A stretch of DNA of 63,620 bases, counting the filler, from Octopus bimaculoides (taxonomy: Eukaryota), in assembly GCF_001194135.2 (NCBI RefSeq). It is 5 parts of 5 records of this genome, joined end to end, with 100 filler letters (N's around TTAATTAATTAA, not from the genome) between each part and the next. Parts side by side here need not be neighbours in the genome. Positions count along the whole stretch, not along the records: positions 62,039 to 63,620 come from NC_068985.1; 4 more parts are not named here. One strand, given 5' to 3'. Numbering within the stretch: position 1 is the stretch's first letter; every line of letters begins with the position of its first letter. The translations under genes and the position numbers were made by a program. Under the pieces are notes generated by a model. The model saw nothing but the letters and a program-made list of their open reading frames with translations. It did not search any database and was not told where the DNA came from. Positions 62,753-63,620 of this stretch are shown here, piece by piece.

Positions 62753-63564
62753 NNNNNNNNNNNNNNNNNNNNNNNNNNNNNNNNNNNNNNNNNNNNNNNN
62801 NNNNNNNNNNNNNNNNNNNNNNNNNNNNNNNNNNNNNNNNNNNNNNNNNNNNACGTACATACATACATACACACATACATACATACATACATACGTGCAT
62901 ATATATGTGTGTATGTGTGTATGTATATATGTATATATACGTGTGTGTGAGCATGTATATGTATACATTTGTACGTATCTCCGTGTTTTTCCTTAGTCTG
63001 AGTATTGTTTTCATCTGCACGTATATATATAAATATATATACGCGCGTCTGTGATACACGTAGAAAAAAAAGAAAAAAGCAAAAAGGAGAACGGAAAGAG
63101 AGAAAAGTAGAGAGTGAAAAAGAAAGAGTGGAAACAATATTCAAACCAGGTCGGCAAAACTTTAGAGATTTTATATTCTATTTTCTTATATTATCTTCCT
63201 GTCTTTTCTTTACCTTTTTTACGTTTTTAGTTCATCTATTTTTCAATCTTTTTCACGTTTTTTTTTGTCTTATTTTTGGGGGGTTTCTAATGAGAGAAAT
63301 AAGCAAATTTTGTAATCAAGTGAAGGAAAAAAGGGGCATTTGAATAAATGTTTTGCGGCATCGATGTAAGGAAGGAAGATCTCTTAAAACATGTTTATGA
63401 AGCTATTAGTGCGAAAGGCAGGCTTTCATATCGTGTCTTACTAGACGTGTTTATTGCTTTAATTACTCCATGGATAAGTGAGCCGACAGTTTGAGAGGTC
63501 AATCTAAGAAACAATTTTATTACCTTCAACCAAAAAGAAAGAAGTGAGGATAAAGTTGAACGTT

Positions 63565-63569
<5 letters not shown>

Positions 63570-63620
<51 letters not shown>
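63570..63620. repeat. (GA)n microsatellite
   Basis: Perfect run to the window end. Confidence 0.97.

Overview
Eukaryotic, AT-rich, repeat-saturated genomic DNA with many assembly gaps (N runs). The tRNA-derived SINE families and the extreme microsatellite load point to an Octopus genome (inference). No host protein-coding gene can be called with confidence: only four short splice-site-bounded candidate exons were seen, and almost all listed ORFs are microsatellite or N-run artefacts. The window is a record of transposon activity: (1) a Penelope-like retroelement (RT fragment, 9776-11207) whose terminal repeat recurs across the window as a short unit of tRNA-like Pol III head, (AAT)n, minimal type I hammerhead ribozyme and a fixed 3' end, often inserted as fold-back inverted pairs with 10-12 bp target duplications; (2) a decayed RTE LINE (about 19845-24135) with nested SINEs and a Merlin/IS1595-like transposase fragment; (3) an RTE-like 3' fragment with three tandem C2H2 fingers; (4) several R4/Dong-like restriction-endonuclease retrotransposon 3' ends next to (AAT)n tracts; (5) a Tx1/L1-like 3' end that shares its tail with a SINE subfamily; (6) Tc1/mariner, Helitron/Helentron-like and foldback elements; (7) dozens of SINEs from at least four families. 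Coordinates were read by eye. Motif and TSD positions are exact to a few bases; boundaries of decayed elements are approximate.
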